DNA of 64,000 nt from Thermoanaerobaculia bacterium. GTDB lineage: Bacteria > Acidobacteriota > Thermoanaerobaculia > Multivoradales > UBA5704. The stretch spans positions 77,750 through 141,749 of the forward strand of contig JBGAGQ010000007.1 of the NCBI GenBank assembly GCA_044226625.1, read 5' to 3'. Of the stretch, positions 17,537-27,988 are shown piece after piece. Position 1 is the first letter of the stretch; every line of letters starts with the position of its first letter. The notes beneath the pieces are model-generated. The model worked only from the letters and a program-made list of their open reading frames with translations, was not told the DNA's origin and searched no databases. The position numbers and the translations under genes were made by a program.

Positions 17537-20293
17537 TCAGGCCCCGAGGCTCGCGCGCAGGCTCGAGCGGCGGTCTTCCATCTGGGCGAGCACCGCGCGG
17601 CGCTTTTCGACCACCGGCGGCGGTGCCTTGGCGAGGAAGCTCTCGTCGGCCAGTTGGGCGTGCGTCCGGGCGATTTCCTGATCGAGCTTCTCGATCTCCT
17701 TGGCGAGCTTCATCCGCTCGGCGGCCTCGTCGCCGCGGACCTTCGCGCCGAGGATCTTGATGCCGATCCCCGCGACGAGGTCCTCGGGTCCCCCTTCGCC
17801 GGTCGACCACGCGCGCGAGCTGACCGTCAGTGAATCGAGGCGGCAGAGCGAGGCGAACAGATCGCGCTGCCCCGCGAGGAACGCCTCGAGCACCGGCGAG
17901 GCGGTCCAGAGACCCACCTTCCGCTCGCGGCCCGATTCGGTCAACAGAGCGCGGACGCGGGTGACCGCTTCGATCAGCGCGGCCATCTGCGCCTCGACGT
18001 CCTCGTCGCGCCAGGCGGCGACGGCCTCGGGATACGGGGCGAGGCAGATCGTGGTTTCGTGGATCGCCTCGCGCCCGGGCAGCCGCTGCCAGACCTCTTC
18101 GGTCAGGAACGGCATCACCGGATGGAGCATGCGGAGCGCCTGGTCGAGCACGGTCAGCAGGACGTCGCCGATGCGCGGCCGGAGCGCCCGGTCGGCGTCC
18201 GAGCCCATCAGCGCCGGTTTCGCGAGCTCGATGTACCAATCGCACAGCTCGCCCCAGAAGAAGTGGTAGAGCCGGTGGCACGCCTCGTCGAAACGGAAGG
18301 TCTCGAACTTGTCGTGGACCTCCGCGGCGGTCGCCGAGAGCCGCGAGAGGATCCAGCGCTCGGGCGCCGCGAGCTCCGCGAGCGCAAGGTGGTCGTTCGC
18401 ATGATCTTTGGGACGAGCGAGCACGCGCGACCCTTCCGGGATGCGCGCGAGCGCGAAACGCGTGGCGTTCCAGATCTTGTTGCCGAAGGCGCGATAGCCG
18501 GCGATCTGGTCCGGGTTCAGCGGGATGTCGCGCCCGGGGCTGTCGAGCGAGGCGAGGGTGAAGCGCAGGGCGTCCGCGCCGTACTCGTCGACCAGGTCGT
18601 TCGGGTCGAGCACGTTCCCCTTGGTCTTCGACATCTTCACGCCTTCGGCGTCGCGCACCAACCCCGTCAGATGCACCGCCGCGAACGGCGACTCGCCGGT
18701 GAAGTGCAGGCCCGTCATGACCATCCGCGCGACCCAGAAGAACAGGATGTCGTGGCCGGTGATCAACACCGAGGTCGGATAGAAGGTCGCGAGGTCCGGC
18801 GTCTGATCCGGCCAACCGAGGGTCGAGAACGGCCAGAGGGCCGACGAGAACCAGGTGTCGAGCACGTCGGGGTCCCGGGTCAGCTCGGCGGCGCTCGCGA
18901 CTCCGGCGAGGCGCACCGCCTCCTCCTCGTCGTGGGCCACGATCGTCCGCCCGTCCGGCGTGTACCAGGCCGGGATGCGGTGGCCCCACCAGAGCTGCCG
19001 CGAGATGCACCACGGGCGGATGTTCGACAGCCAGTGCTCCCAGGTCTTGTCCCACGTCTCGGGGATCAGAAGGAGCCGGCCGTCCTGCACCACCGCGAGC
19101 GCCTTTTCGGCCATGCTCGACACGTCGCAGAACCATTGGGTCGAGACGAGCGGCTCGATCGCCTCGCCGCTCCTCTGGCTGTGGCCGACGTTGTGGACGT
19201 GGTCCTCCACCTTGACCAGGTGGCCTTCGGCGCGCAGGCGCTCGACCACCTTTTCGCGCGCCTGTTCTCGGGTGAGGCCGGCAAACTCAGGTCCGGCCTC
19301 CGCGGTCATGCGGCCGGTCTTGTCGATGACCGAGATGCCCGGCAAGCCGTGACGCTTCGCCACCTCGAAATCGTTGGGGTCGTGGAACGGGGTGATCTTG
19401 ACCAGGCCGGTGCCGAACTCCCGGTCGACCATCGGATCGGGGACGAACGGCAGCCGCCGGCCGAGCAGCGGCAGGATCGCGGCCTTCCCCTTGAGATGGG
19501 CGTAGCGCTCGTCGTCGGGATGGAACGCCACCGCCGTGTCGCCGAGCATCGTCTCGGGCCGGGTCGTGGCGACCACGATCCGTTCGGAATCCGCCCCGCC
19601 TTCCACCCGGTAGGCGACGTGGTAGAGCTTCCCTTGGACGGTCTTGGTTTCGACCTCGAGGTCCGAGACCGCGGTCTCGAGCACCGGCGACCAGTTGACC
19701 ATGTACTCGCCGCGCGTGATCAGCCCTTCGCGGTAAAGCCGGACGAACGCCTCGCGCACCGCGCGGTTGAGCCCCTCGTCGAGGGTGAAGCGCTCCCGCG
19801 TCCAGTCGCAAGAGGCGCCGAGCAGGTCGAGCTGCTGGCGGATGTTGCCGTGGTACTCCTCTTTCCACGCCCAGGTCCGCTCGAGGAACTTCTCGCGCCC
19901 GAGCGCCTTGCGCGTGGTCCCTTCCTTCTCAACCTGGCGCTCGACCATCAGTTGGGTGGCGATGCCCGCGTGGTCGGTTCCGGGGAGCCAGAGGGCGTTT
20001 TCGCCGCGCATCCGGTGCCAGCGGACCAGCAGGTCCTGGAGCGTCGACTGGAGCGCGTGGCCGATGTGCAGCTTTCCCGTCACGTTCGGCGGCGGGATCA
20101 TGATGCAGAAGCTCGGCCGGCCGGCGACCGGGACGACGGTAAAGATGCCCGCCTCCGCCCAACGGCGCTGCCAAGCCTGCTCGTAGGTTTTAGGGTCGAA
20201 GCGCTTGTCCATCTCGGAACGAAGCGCCTCCCCTTCGGAATCGGGAGAGGGGGACGTCGGTTCGGTCGCGTTCATGAGGTCCGGTTCGTTCAC
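17537..20293 (-). CDS. valS: valine-tRNA ligase
   Basis: PPPNVTGKLHIGH, DHAGIATQ, ATTRPET, WCISRQLWWGHRIP, DTWFSS, KMSKTKGN, C-terminal coiled coil. Confidence 0.98.
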   Translation of the reverse strand: MNEPDLMNATEPTSPSPDSEGEALRSEMDKRFDPKTYEQAWQRRWAEAGIFTVVPVAGRPSFCIMIPPPNVTGKLHIGHALQSTLQDLLVRWHRMRGENALWLPGTDHAGIATQLMVERQVEKEGTTRKALGREKFLERTWAWKEEYHGNIRQQLDLLGASCDWTRERFTLDEGLNRAVREAFVRLYREGLITRGEYMVNWSPVLETAVSDLEVETKTVQGKLYHVAYRVEGGADSERIVVATTRPETMLGDTAVAFHPDDERYAHLKGKAAILPLLGRRLPFVPDPMVDREFGTGLVKITPFHDPNDFEVAKRHGLPGISVIDKTGRMTAEAGPEFAGLTREQAREKVVERLRAEGHLVKVEDHVHNVGHSQRSGEAIEPLVSTQWFCDVSSMAEKALAVVQDGRLLLIPETWDKTWEHWLSNIRPWCISRQLWWGHRIPAWYTPDGRTIVAHDEEEAVRLAGVASAAELTRDPDVLDTWFSSALWPFSTLGWPDQTPDLATFYPTSVLITGHDILFFWVARMVMTGLHFTGESPFAAVHLTGLVRDAEGVKMSKTKGNVLDPNDLVDEYGADALRFTLASLDSPGRDIPLNPDQIAGYRAFGNKIWNATRFALARIPEGSRVLARPKDHANDHLALAELAAPERWILSRLSATAAEVHDKFETFRFDEACHRLYHFFWGELCDWYIELAKPALMGSDADRALRPRIGDVLLTVLDQALRMLHPVMPFLTEEVWQRLPGREAIHETTICLAPYPEAVAAWRDEDVEAQMAALIEAVTRVRALLTESGRERKVGLWTASPVLEAFLAGQRDLFASLCRLDSLTVSSRAWSTGEGGPEDLVAGIGIKILGAKVRGDEAAERMKLAKEIEKLDQEIARTHAQLADESFLAKAPPPVVEKRRAVLAQMEDRRSSLRASLGA

Positions 20294-20381
20294 CGGCGAT
20301 CGTCGGAGCGCCGGAAGAGACGGCTCGGCGGGAGCGGGAACGACCCGCCCCCACGCCGCTGGTTCGAGGAAGGAGAGGGGC

Positions 20382-21428
20382 TCAGGCGTCGACCGCGGCT
20401 TCGAGCTCGCGGATCCGGTCCCGGATCACGACCTCGGCGAGGTCCGGGATGACCTCCCACGCGATGTCGCGGACCGGCCGGTCGCCGATCAGCTCGATGA
20501 CCCGGCGGGCGATGCGGTCGACGTCGACGTCCGTGAGCTCGTAACCGGACGGAATGGGGGCCGGGGCGGCCGCGGGGCTGGGGGCCGGCGCGGCTGCGGC
20601 GACCGGCGCGCTCCAGACCGGCTCCACCGGAACGACCGGAGGGACCGGCGCGGGCTCGAACGCCGGCGTCGCCGCGATCGGCTCGGCCGAGATGTCGAAA
20701 AACGTCTCGGGCTCGCCGCGGACCCCGAGATCCGATTCGTCGAGGGGCGGCAGCGCGTTGGCCTCTTCGACATCGAACGTCGACCAGACCGGCTCGGCCG
20801 GCGGCAGGTAGCTCGGCTCCGCATCGGGCGCCGGCTCGTCGGCGAAACCGAAGATCGGCTCGGGCGCTACTGCCGGGGCGGGCGGGGCGACCGGGGTAGA
20901 AAATGCCGGAAACGGATCCGCCTCGCGGGTTGCCGGCGCGGCAAATCCCGGAGAGAACGAGCCGAACGGCTCGGCCGCGGGAGCCGCCAGCGGGGCCGCC
21001 GCCGAGAGACCCGGGAACGGATCGTCGGCGAACGACGGGGGGGCTGGAGGCAGCGCCGCCGCGGGACCCGAGGAGATCAGGTCGTCGACGATCTGCAGGA
21101 GCTCCTGCGAGTCGAACGGCTTCTTGAGATACCGATCGGCGCCCGAGGCGCGAGACTCGCCCTCGTCGAACGGCTCGAAAGTTCCGACCAGGAGGAGGAC
21201 CGGGCGATCGTTGCGCAGCGCCTTCGCCCGGCGGGCGACCTCGTAGCCGTTCGCGCCCGGCATGTGGACGTCGGCGATCACCACGTCCGGTTCGAACGAT
21301 GAAAGGAGCGAGACCGCCTCGTCGCCGTTGCCGACGGCGCGAACTTCATAGTCTCCGTCCATGAAAGTCAGCTCGATGACCTTCTGGATCGTCACGCTGT
21401 CGTCGGCCAGCAGGATGCGTCGGCTCAT
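20382..21428 (-). CDS. response regulator: receiver domain, Pro/Ala/acidic linker, RomR-like C-terminal helix
   Basis: LLADDSVTIQKVIELTF...ADVHMPG...KPF; C-terminal IAWEVIPDLAEVVIRDRIREL. Confidence 0.85.
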   Translation of the reverse strand: MSRRILLADDSVTIQKVIELTFMDGDYEVRAVGNGDEAVSLLSSFEPDVVIADVHMPGANGYEVARRAKALRNDRPVLLLVGTFEPFDEGESRASGADRYLKKPFDSQELLQIVDDLISSGPAAALPPAPPSFADDPFPGLSAAAPLAAPAAEPFGSFSPGFAAPATREADPFPAFSTPVAPPAPAVAPEPIFGFADEPAPDAEPSYLPPAEPVWSTFDVEEANALPPLDESDLGVRGEPETFFDISAEPIAATPAFEPAPVPPVVPVEPVWSAPVAAAAPAPSPAAAPAPIPSGYELTDVDVDRIARRVIELIGDRPVRDIAWEVIPDLAEVVIRDRIRELEAAVDA

Positions 21429-21482
21429 TCTGATCTCCAGGCTCCTGATCTCCAGGCGGGGTCCGGACTCGTTCCGCGGCCG

Positions 21483-21887
21483 TTAGGCCGCCGCCTCCAG
21501 CTTCTGTTTCAAATAATCGACGATGTCTCGGGTCGCAGTGCCCGGGAGGAAGATCGCGTCCACCCCCGCCTCCTTCAAGGTCGGGATGTCGGTCGCCGGA
21601 ATGATCCCCCCGGCGAAGACCAGGACGTCTTCCGCGCCCTGATCGCGCAGCAGGCGCGTCACCTCGGGCAACAAACTGTTGTGCGCGCCGGACAGGATCG
21701 AGAGGCCGACCGCGTCGACGTCCTCCTGCACCGCGGCCGCGGCGATCTGCTCGGGCGTCTGGCGCAGCCCGGTGTAAATGACCTCGTATCCGGCGTCGCG
21801 CAACGCGCGCGCCACCACCTTCGCCCCCCGATCATGGCCGTCCAACCCCGGCTTCGCGATCAAGACCCGCACCCGTCGATTCGTCAT
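21483..21887 (-). CDS. cobalamin-binding small subunit of an acyl-CoA mutase
   Basis: [14 protein letters not shown] (DxHxxG), [14 protein letters not shown]. Confidence 0.92.
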   Translation of the reverse strand: MTNRRVRVLIAKPGLDGHDRGAKVVARALRDAGYEVIYTGLRQTPEQIAAAAVQEDVDAVGLSILSGAHNSLLPEVTRLLRDQGAEDVLVFAGGIIPATDIPTLKEAGVDAIFLPGTATRDIVDYLKQKLEAAA

Positions 21888-22116
21888 AAGCATCAAGTTT
21901 ATCAGACGCCTACCGGGTTTGCCCCCGATCCGCCCTCAACCGTGCGAAGCGGGAGGGCGTCCCGGGCGGGCCGGAAAGCCCATCGATCTGTTAGAATAAG
22001 TCACCGGTCGTTCGACCGAGAGCTCCTTCATGGGACCCGGATCGGGTTCCGGCTCAGGCCCTTCTACGGGCCGCGTTTCAGGTCCTCCAGCGGACCAGAA
22101 ATCAGGACTTTTTCGA

Positions 22117-24129
22117 ATGCGCTACGTTCTTTTCGATGCCGTAGGTGTACGTCGTCTCCTTGCCGCCCTCGCCGTCTTCTCCGTTTTCGCCCCGGTGCTC
22201 CGCGCCCAGCAGCCGCTCCTGCCGGCCAACAAGACCGGATTCCCGGTGACGATCGCCGGCCAGGCTTCCGGCCAGGGCAACGCCGTGTTCAGCCAGCCGG
22301 TGGCGGCCGACCTCGGCCTCTCCCCCGGCTTCAAATCGATCGTCTTCGGTCTGCGGAACGGCAAGCTCTACGTCATCTATCGCAATCCGGCCAACGGCGT
22401 CTGGGGCGTCGCCCCCGGCTTTCCGATTCAGCTGCCGAGTCACATTGCGTCGAGCCCCACGGTGGCTGACGTGACGGGCGACGGCGTCGCCGAGATCGCG
22501 GTGGGCTACGGTTCGACGCTCCAGGGCGCGCCGCCCAACAGCGCCCCGGGCGGCTTTCGCGTCTATCGCAACAACGGCACCCTCCTTTGGCAGAAAGTGA
22601 CCGAGGACCGCGTCGAAGGGGTGGACGGCCAGCCGGATCCGGTCGTCGGCTCGGCGGCGATCGGCGACGTCGACGGCGACGGCGATCCGGACGTCGTGTT
22701 CGCGGGATTCGACTACAACCTCTACCTCGTCGACGGCCCGACCGGCGCGAACCTCCCCGGCTGGCCCAAGTTCCTGCGCGACACGGTGTTCACGACGCCG
22801 GTCCTCCATGACATGGACGGCGACGGCAAGAAGGACGTGATCCTCGGCGTCGACGCGCACGTCGAATCGTCGTTCGGTACGCCCGACGGCGGCTGTCTGC
22901 GCGTCTTCCGCTTCGACGCGAGCGGCACCGGCGCCGGCAGCCCGGGCGTTCCGGCCTCGCCGATCATCGACATCGCAGGCTTTCCGAAGTGCATCGACCA
23001 GGTGATCATCAGCTCGCCCGCGGTGGGTGACATCGACGGCGACGGCCGGCCGGAGATCGTCCACGGCACCGGGACCTTCTGGCCGAACCGGGCGCAGAGG
23101 ATCTACGGCTGGCACTGCGACGGCTCGCCGGTCTGGGGCACGTCGCAGACCCCGGGCCTCGCGGTCACCGGACAGGTGATCACCAACCCAGCGCTCGCCG
23201 ACATCACCGGTGACGGCATCCTCGACGTGCTGTTCACGACCGACAACACCCCGCCGGCGTCGACCTTCCTGCTCCACGCCGTGCGGGCGAACGGCTCCGA
23301 CATCTTCCCGCCGGTCGCGCCGAAGAGCTTCTTCGGCAACACCCCGAACGCGGGCGACCCGATCGTCGCCGACGTGCTCGGAGACACCGGGCTCGAGATC
23401 CTGGTACCGGTCAATACGGAAATCGCCGCCTTCACCACCGCGGGCGTGCAGCTCACCGAGACGACGCCCCATCCGAACCCGATCGTCAAGCCGAGCTTCT
23501 ATACCGCCAACACCGTCTCGGGCGTCGTCGTCACGGACCTGGAGACGAACGGAGCGGGATCTCAGTCCGAGGTGATCGTGATTTCCGCGATCCCGTTCCC
23601 CGACCAGACCACGACCCAGGTCAACGTCTGGAACCCGATCAATCGCGTCGGCGCGATGCCCTGGCCGATGTTCCACCAGAACCCGCTCCGCACCGGAGTC
23701 GTCCCCGGGACGGCCGCCTGTTCGACCCACGGACCTTGCACCATCTCGGCCGCCGCGCGGAACTTCTTCACCCTCTCCCCCTGCCGCCTCTTCGACACCC
23801 GCAACGCCAACGGCGCCTTCGGCGGCCCGGCGTTCGCTTCCGGCGCGTTGCGCGATTTCTCGGTGTTCAACGTCTGCGGCATCCCGAACACGGCGCGCGC
23901 TCTCTCGGCCAACGTCACCGTCGTCGCCCCGACGAGCAGCGGCTTCGTCCGCTTCTCGCCCGGCTGCGAAGCCCCGGTCGCCTCGGTCGTCAACTTCTCG
24001 ACCAACCAGGTCCGGGGCAACAACGCGATCCTCTCGATCAGCGACACCGGAGTGCTGACCGGAAACGCCTTCGTCGGGGGTAACGGCACGGTCCACGTGA
24101 TCGTGGACGTGAACGGGTATTACCAGTAG
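22117..24129 (+). CDS. secreted FG-GAP/VCBS repeat protein with C-terminal beta domain
   Basis: Signal peptide; repeated (A/G)DxxGDG motifs; WPMFHQN; C-terminal PCRLFDTRN...VHVIVDVNGYY. Confidence 0.82.
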   Translation: MRYVLFDAVGVRRLLAALAVFSVFAPVLRAQQPLLPANKTGFPVTIAGQASGQGNAVFSQPVAADLGLSPGFKSIVFGLRNGKLYVIYRNPANGVWGVAPGFPIQLPSHIASSPTVADVTGDGVAEIAVGYGSTLQGAPPNSAPGGFRVYRNNGTLLWQKVTEDRVEGVDGQPDPVVGSAAIGDVDGDGDPDVVFAGFDYNLYLVDGPTGANLPGWPKFLRDTVFTTPVLHDMDGDGKKDVILGVDAHVESSFGTPDGGCLRVFRFDASGTGAGSPGVPASPIIDIAGFPKCIDQVIISSPAVGDIDGDGRPEIVHGTGTFWPNRAQRIYGWHCDGSPVWGTSQTPGLAVTGQVITNPALADITGDGILDVLFTTDNTPPASTFLLHAVRANGSDIFPPVAPKSFFGNTPNAGDPIVADVLGDTGLEILVPVNTEIAAFTTAGVQLTETTPHPNPIVKPSFYTANTVSGVVVTDLETNGAGSQSEVIVISAIPFPDQTTTQVNVWNPINRVGAMPWPMFHQNPLRTGVVPGTAACSTHGPCTISAAARNFFTLSPCRLFDTRNANGAFGGPAFASGALRDFSVFNVCGIPNTARALSANVTVVAPTSSGFVRFSPGCEAPVASVVNFSTNQVRGNNAILSISDTGVLTGNAFVGGNGTVHVIVDVNGYYQ

Positions 24130-24172
24130 GTCCCTTCGGGGGCGAGCGGTTCGGCCGCCCCCGTTCCCTTCC

Positions 24173-24856
24173 TCAAGCCCGCCGGGCGAACGCGAGCAGT
24201 TGATAGCCGAACAGGGTCGGCAGCAGGCGCGTGAGCCCGGCGAGGATCGCCTCGGCCGGCGTGAGCAGCCACTCCGGCCAGCCGGGGAGCGCGAGCCGTA
24301 GCGGGATCGTCGAGACCGAGCGGCGCTCGACCGTAAACCCGGCCGCCGCGAGGGTGCGCTCGAGCGTCTTCCGGGTGAAGAAGACCCGATGGGTCCGGTC
24401 GAGAATGCCGCGATCCCGATATTCGAAGCGGCCGAACAGGAGCGCGAGCCGGACCGTCAGGTTCGCTACGTTCGGCACCGAGACGAGCAACGGAGAGCCG
24501 ACGGGCAACGCCGAGGCGAGCTGGCGGAGCGCCCGCTCCGGATCGGATAGGTGCTCGAGGACGTCCGCGGCGAGCGCCGCGGTGAAACCGCGCGGCATCC
24601 GCTCCAGCGTTTCGAGGTCGACGATCGCCCCGCCCGCGAAGCGTCCGGCGAGCGGCGCCAGCCCTTCGAGCGTTCCTTCGAGCCCGAACCACGCGAGATC
24701 GCCGCGATCGGAAAGGACCTTCACTTGCCCCGTCCCGGGACCTAGCTCCAGAAGGCGCACCCCGGCCGGCAGCTCGCGCACCCACGCCGCGAGCCGGCGA
24801 TGGCTGGAGCCGCGGAAATCTTTGAGGACGTAGTTGCCGGGGGCCGGCGCGATCAT
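24173..24856 (-). CDS. class I SAM-dependent methyltransferase (glycan-associated)
   Basis: LLELGPGTG, ADVLEHLSDP, SVPNVAN, GILDRTH; ATGA overlap with the GT2 gene. Confidence 0.85.
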   Translation of the reverse strand: MIAPAPGNYVLKDFRGSSHRRLAAWVRELPAGVRLLELGPGTGQVKVLSDRGDLAWFGLEGTLEGLAPLAGRFAGGAIVDLETLERMPRGFTAALAADVLEHLSDPERALRQLASALPVGSPLLVSVPNVANLTVRLALLFGRFEYRDRGILDRTHRVFFTRKTLERTLAAAGFTVERRSVSTIPLRLALPGWPEWLLTPAEAILAGLTRLLPTLFGYQLLAFARRA

Positions 24857-25710
24857 CCGACCTTCCCTGGGCCGGCCGAAGCGCCGCCCGCGTCGTCCGT
24901 CCCGGCCGAGGCAGTCGCCGGCGATGCGACCGGCGCCAGGCGCTGCCTCTCGGAGGCGGCGAGCAGCGGGTAGCGCAGGACCCTCTTCTTGTGCATCTTG
25001 TAGCGCGCGAGCACGGCGAGGATCGAAAAGCCGTATTGGACGCTCTTCCAAAAGCCGATCTGCGACGCCTCGTCGAAATAGCGCGTGGCGATCGGGATCT
25101 CGCGGATGCGCAGTCCCCTCCAAACCCCCTGGGCGATGATCTCGGTGTCGAACACGAAATTGTCCGAGTTCGCCTCGAGTGCGACCGCCTCGAGATACCG
25201 CCGCCCGTAGGCGCGAAGTCCCGAGTGGTATTCGGAGAGGAAAACGTAGAACGTCGCGTTCGCGAGCGCGGTGAGCCCGAGGTTCGCGAGGTACTTCCAC
25301 TTCGGCATGCCCCCTTCGAGCGGCCGGCCGCCGAGCATCCGGCTGCCGAAGACCGCGTCGCACGTCCCGGCGAGGAGCGGCCCGACCAGCTCGGGGATCG
25401 CCTTCGGGTCGTACTGGTGGTCGGGATGGACCATCACCACGATGTCCGCCCCGCGGGCGAGCGCCTCGCGGTAGCAGGTCTTCTGGTTGCCGCCGTACCC
25501 CCGATTCTTCGGATGGACCACCGTGTAGATGCCGAGCGACCGCGAAAGCTCGACCGTCCGGTCGCGGCTCCCATCGTCGACCAGGACGACGTCGTCCACC
25601 CAATCCCCAGGCAGATCGGAAAACGTCCGCTCGAGCGTCGTCTCGGCGTTGTACGCGGGCATGACGACGCAGATCTTCTGCGCCCGGCGAGGTCCGGCGG
25701 GGCTTTCCAC
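24853..25710 (-). CDS. GT2 glycosyltransferase (polyprenol-phosphate sugar synthase-like)
   Basis: VVMPAYN, LVDDGSRD, GYGGNQKTCY, HPDHQYDP, EYHSGLRAY, FVFDTEI. Confidence 0.92.
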   Translation of the reverse strand: MESPAGPRRAQKICVVMPAYNAETTLERTFSDLPGDWVDDVVLVDDGSRDRTVELSRSLGIYTVVHPKNRGYGGNQKTCYREALARGADIVVMVHPDHQYDPKAIPELVGPLLAGTCDAVFGSRMLGGRPLEGGMPKWKYLANLGLTALANATFYVFLSEYHSGLRAYGRRYLEAVALEANSDNFVFDTEIIAQGVWRGLRIREIPIATRYFDEASQIGFWKSVQYGFSILAVLARYKMHKKRVLRYPLLAASERQRLAPVASPATASAGTDDAGGASAGPGKVG

Positions 25711-25846
25711 GGCTGCGGAGTTTAGGGGGGACGGCGTCGGGAATCCAGCGCGAAGGGCGGCGCGGAGCCGCGGATATCGTCTACCGCCAGCGAGCTTGGG
25801 GCGAACGGGGGCGGAGGAGGCCCTCCGCCCCGCCGGTTTGCGGACC

Positions 25847-27859
25847 CTAACGAGAGATTCCCGGTCCTTCGAGTAGGAAGAAGGAAGGCTCGGCGTTCTG
25901 CCCGGCGTCCGCCTCTCCCCGCAAGCTCATGGTGAGAAAGAGCGACAGGCAGCCGGCGCTGGTGTTTCGAATCAGCTGGCACTCCGAATCCGAAAAGCGA
26001 TCGTTGGCGTCGAGCGAGCCCTCGCACCGGTCGGTGCGCACGTGGTCGCTGTAGCCCGGATCGGTATAGAAGGTGAGATCGATCGAGAGATTTCGATTGG
26101 TGCGGTTGAAATTTCCCGTCACGGTGAAATAGAGCGGATCGCCATCGTAGTCGTGTCCGCTTCCCCGGCCCGAGAAAGGTCCTCCCGTCAGGTTGATCGG
26201 AACGTCGACGAACAGCTGCGCGGGCCTTCCGGCGCAACCGAGCTGGCCCGCCGCCTTCTCGCAGTAGTTGTTGTATCGGAGGAATTTATAGCCGCTGTAG
26301 CGGGTCCACGGAGTGGAGCGCCGTACGACGCGATCGAACTTCTGGTCCTTCGTCGACTCGTAGATCTTGACGTCGGTTCCGGCCGCGTCGACCAGCACGA
26401 CATGGTGAGCGTCCTTGTTGATGACGTCTCCGAAGCGAAGCTCTTCCTTCGTGATGCGCGTCGAGATCTGCCCGAGGGTGGCCGATCCCTTTTTCATCGA
26501 CAGCTTCCACACCTGAGAAACGAAGCCGGAACAGTCGACGCCTTTGGAGCAGGCGACGTTGCCCTGCTTGTCCGTATTCACGTCTCCGGCTTGCTTGCCG
26601 TCGGCCATGAAGTCGTTGAACATCGCGACCGAATCCCAACCACCCCAGTCGTACGGCACCGAGGTATACGTCTTCGGACCGCCGAGATAACGCGGCTTCG
26701 TCCGCGTGGAGCAGGTGCCGTTGAGATTCTCCGCCGTCAAGCTCGTGGCGTTGTTGACGTACCCGTTCGCGATCGTTCGGATCTGCCCTGGAAAGACCTT
26801 GCATCGTCCGTCGTCGACGTTCCCTTCGAGCTCGGCGGATTCCGGGAGCTCGAACGACGAATCCGCCGTCTGCGAATCTTCGCGCGCGACGGTTTCGGAG
26901 TCGCCGAAAAGGACCTCGTGGATCTCCGCCCGGTCACGGTAGGCAAGAAGCAGGAGAACTCGATCGCGAAACGCGTCGATCGCGAAACGATTGGCGACGA
27001 AAACGTACGGATCGTCCGGCATTCCGCCCGATACCCCGTCGAGACGCCCATCGGTCGTGAATCGATAGATCGACTCCCGTACTCGGATCACGCCGCCCGG
27101 CGTGGTCACCTCGACGGAGCGGGCATAGATGTGGCTTCCGGAGCTGCCGAGAAGCGTGAACGAAACGATCGCCGGCCCCGCTTCGATCTCGGTTCGCCGA
27201 TCGCCGACCTGCAAAGTGAGGCTCCGGCTGCCGCTCTCCCTGCCGGCCTCTATTCCCGCGGAGATTCGCGTGCCGTGATCGGACATCCCGGTTCGAGCGG
27301 CGCCATCGGCACCGGTCGGGCCGTCGCCCGAAAGCGCGAAGGTCGTCGCGCCTTCGTGCAGGCCGAGGCGGACGTTGTGGCCGTCCTCGATCATGAGATC
27401 GGGCAGTTCCTCCGCGAGCGGCTTGGCGACCGGGAAGCGACGCACGACCGAGCCATCGGCACCCAGCTGTAAGACCACCGGATGGGGCGCGACGGCGTCG
27501 AGCACGAACGTGCCCTCCGGAGTCTGCTTGACGTCGCTCATCCCCATCAGCTTGCCGCGCAAATCGGTGGCGCGGAGGAAGGAGCAATCGGCTCGCAATT
27601 CGATCAGCCGCGAGGCCGCGGCATCGGCGATTACCATCCCGCCTTCAGGTCCTACGCTGAGCGTCGAGGGTCCCCAGGCGAGCATTTCTTCGACATCTTC
27701 GTCCTGGTAGTGGACGCCCTTCTCGGCGTTGACGGGGAGGGTGCATTTTCTGACCGTATGCCCTGGCGAGGCGCCGGCTTGGGCCTGCCCAGAGAGCGAC
27801 ACGAAAAGGAACGTGAAAGCGGCGAGGTAAGCGATGGACGGTTTCCGTGGCATGGACAT
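25847..27859 (-). CDS. secreted multidomain protein with an NlpC/P60-like cysteine hydrolase domain
   Basis: Signal peptide; propeller-like N-region; PYDWGG...GVDCSGFVSQVW...GDVINKDAHHVVL. Confidence 0.72.
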   Translation of the reverse strand: MSMPRKPSIAYLAAFTFLFVSLSGQAQAGASPGHTVRKCTLPVNAEKGVHYQDEDVEEMLAWGPSTLSVGPEGGMVIADAAASRLIELRADCSFLRATDLRGKLMGMSDVKQTPEGTFVLDAVAPHPVVLQLGADGSVVRRFPVAKPLAEELPDLMIEDGHNVRLGLHEGATTFALSGDGPTGADGAARTGMSDHGTRISAGIEAGRESGSRSLTLQVGDRRTEIEAGPAIVSFTLLGSSGSHIYARSVEVTTPGGVIRVRESIYRFTTDGRLDGVSGGMPDDPYVFVANRFAIDAFRDRVLLLLAYRDRAEIHEVLFGDSETVAREDSQTADSSFELPESAELEGNVDDGRCKVFPGQIRTIANGYVNNATSLTAENLNGTCSTRTKPRYLGGPKTYTSVPYDWGGWDSVAMFNDFMADGKQAGDVNTDKQGNVACSKGVDCSGFVSQVWKLSMKKGSATLGQISTRITKEELRFGDVINKDAHHVVLVDAAGTDVKIYESTKDQKFDRVVRRSTPWTRYSGYKFLRYNNYCEKAAGQLGCAGRPAQLFVDVPINLTGGPFSGRGSGHDYDGDPLYFTVTGNFNRTNRNLSIDLTFYTDPGYSDHVRTDRCEGSLDANDRFSDSECQLIRNTSAGCLSLFLTMSLRGEADAGQNAEPSFFLLEGPGISR

Positions 27860-27988
27860 GTCCTCCTATTCTCGAGACGCGACGGTGTCAGGAGAATCGG
27901 TCCACGGACCCCGCTATCGACGACGGGTCCTCTGGGAAAAAGCCTTCGACGCCTGGAAGCGCCGCCCGGTCAGCTCGCGGTCGCCCCC

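Noticed and set aside
18059-20452. 797-aa plus-strand ORF
   Set aside because: Antisense shadow of valS.
21430-21457. 13-bp direct repeat CTGATCTCCAGGC upstream of the response regulator
   Set aside because: Looks like a local duplication of the RBS region; too short to support a function.
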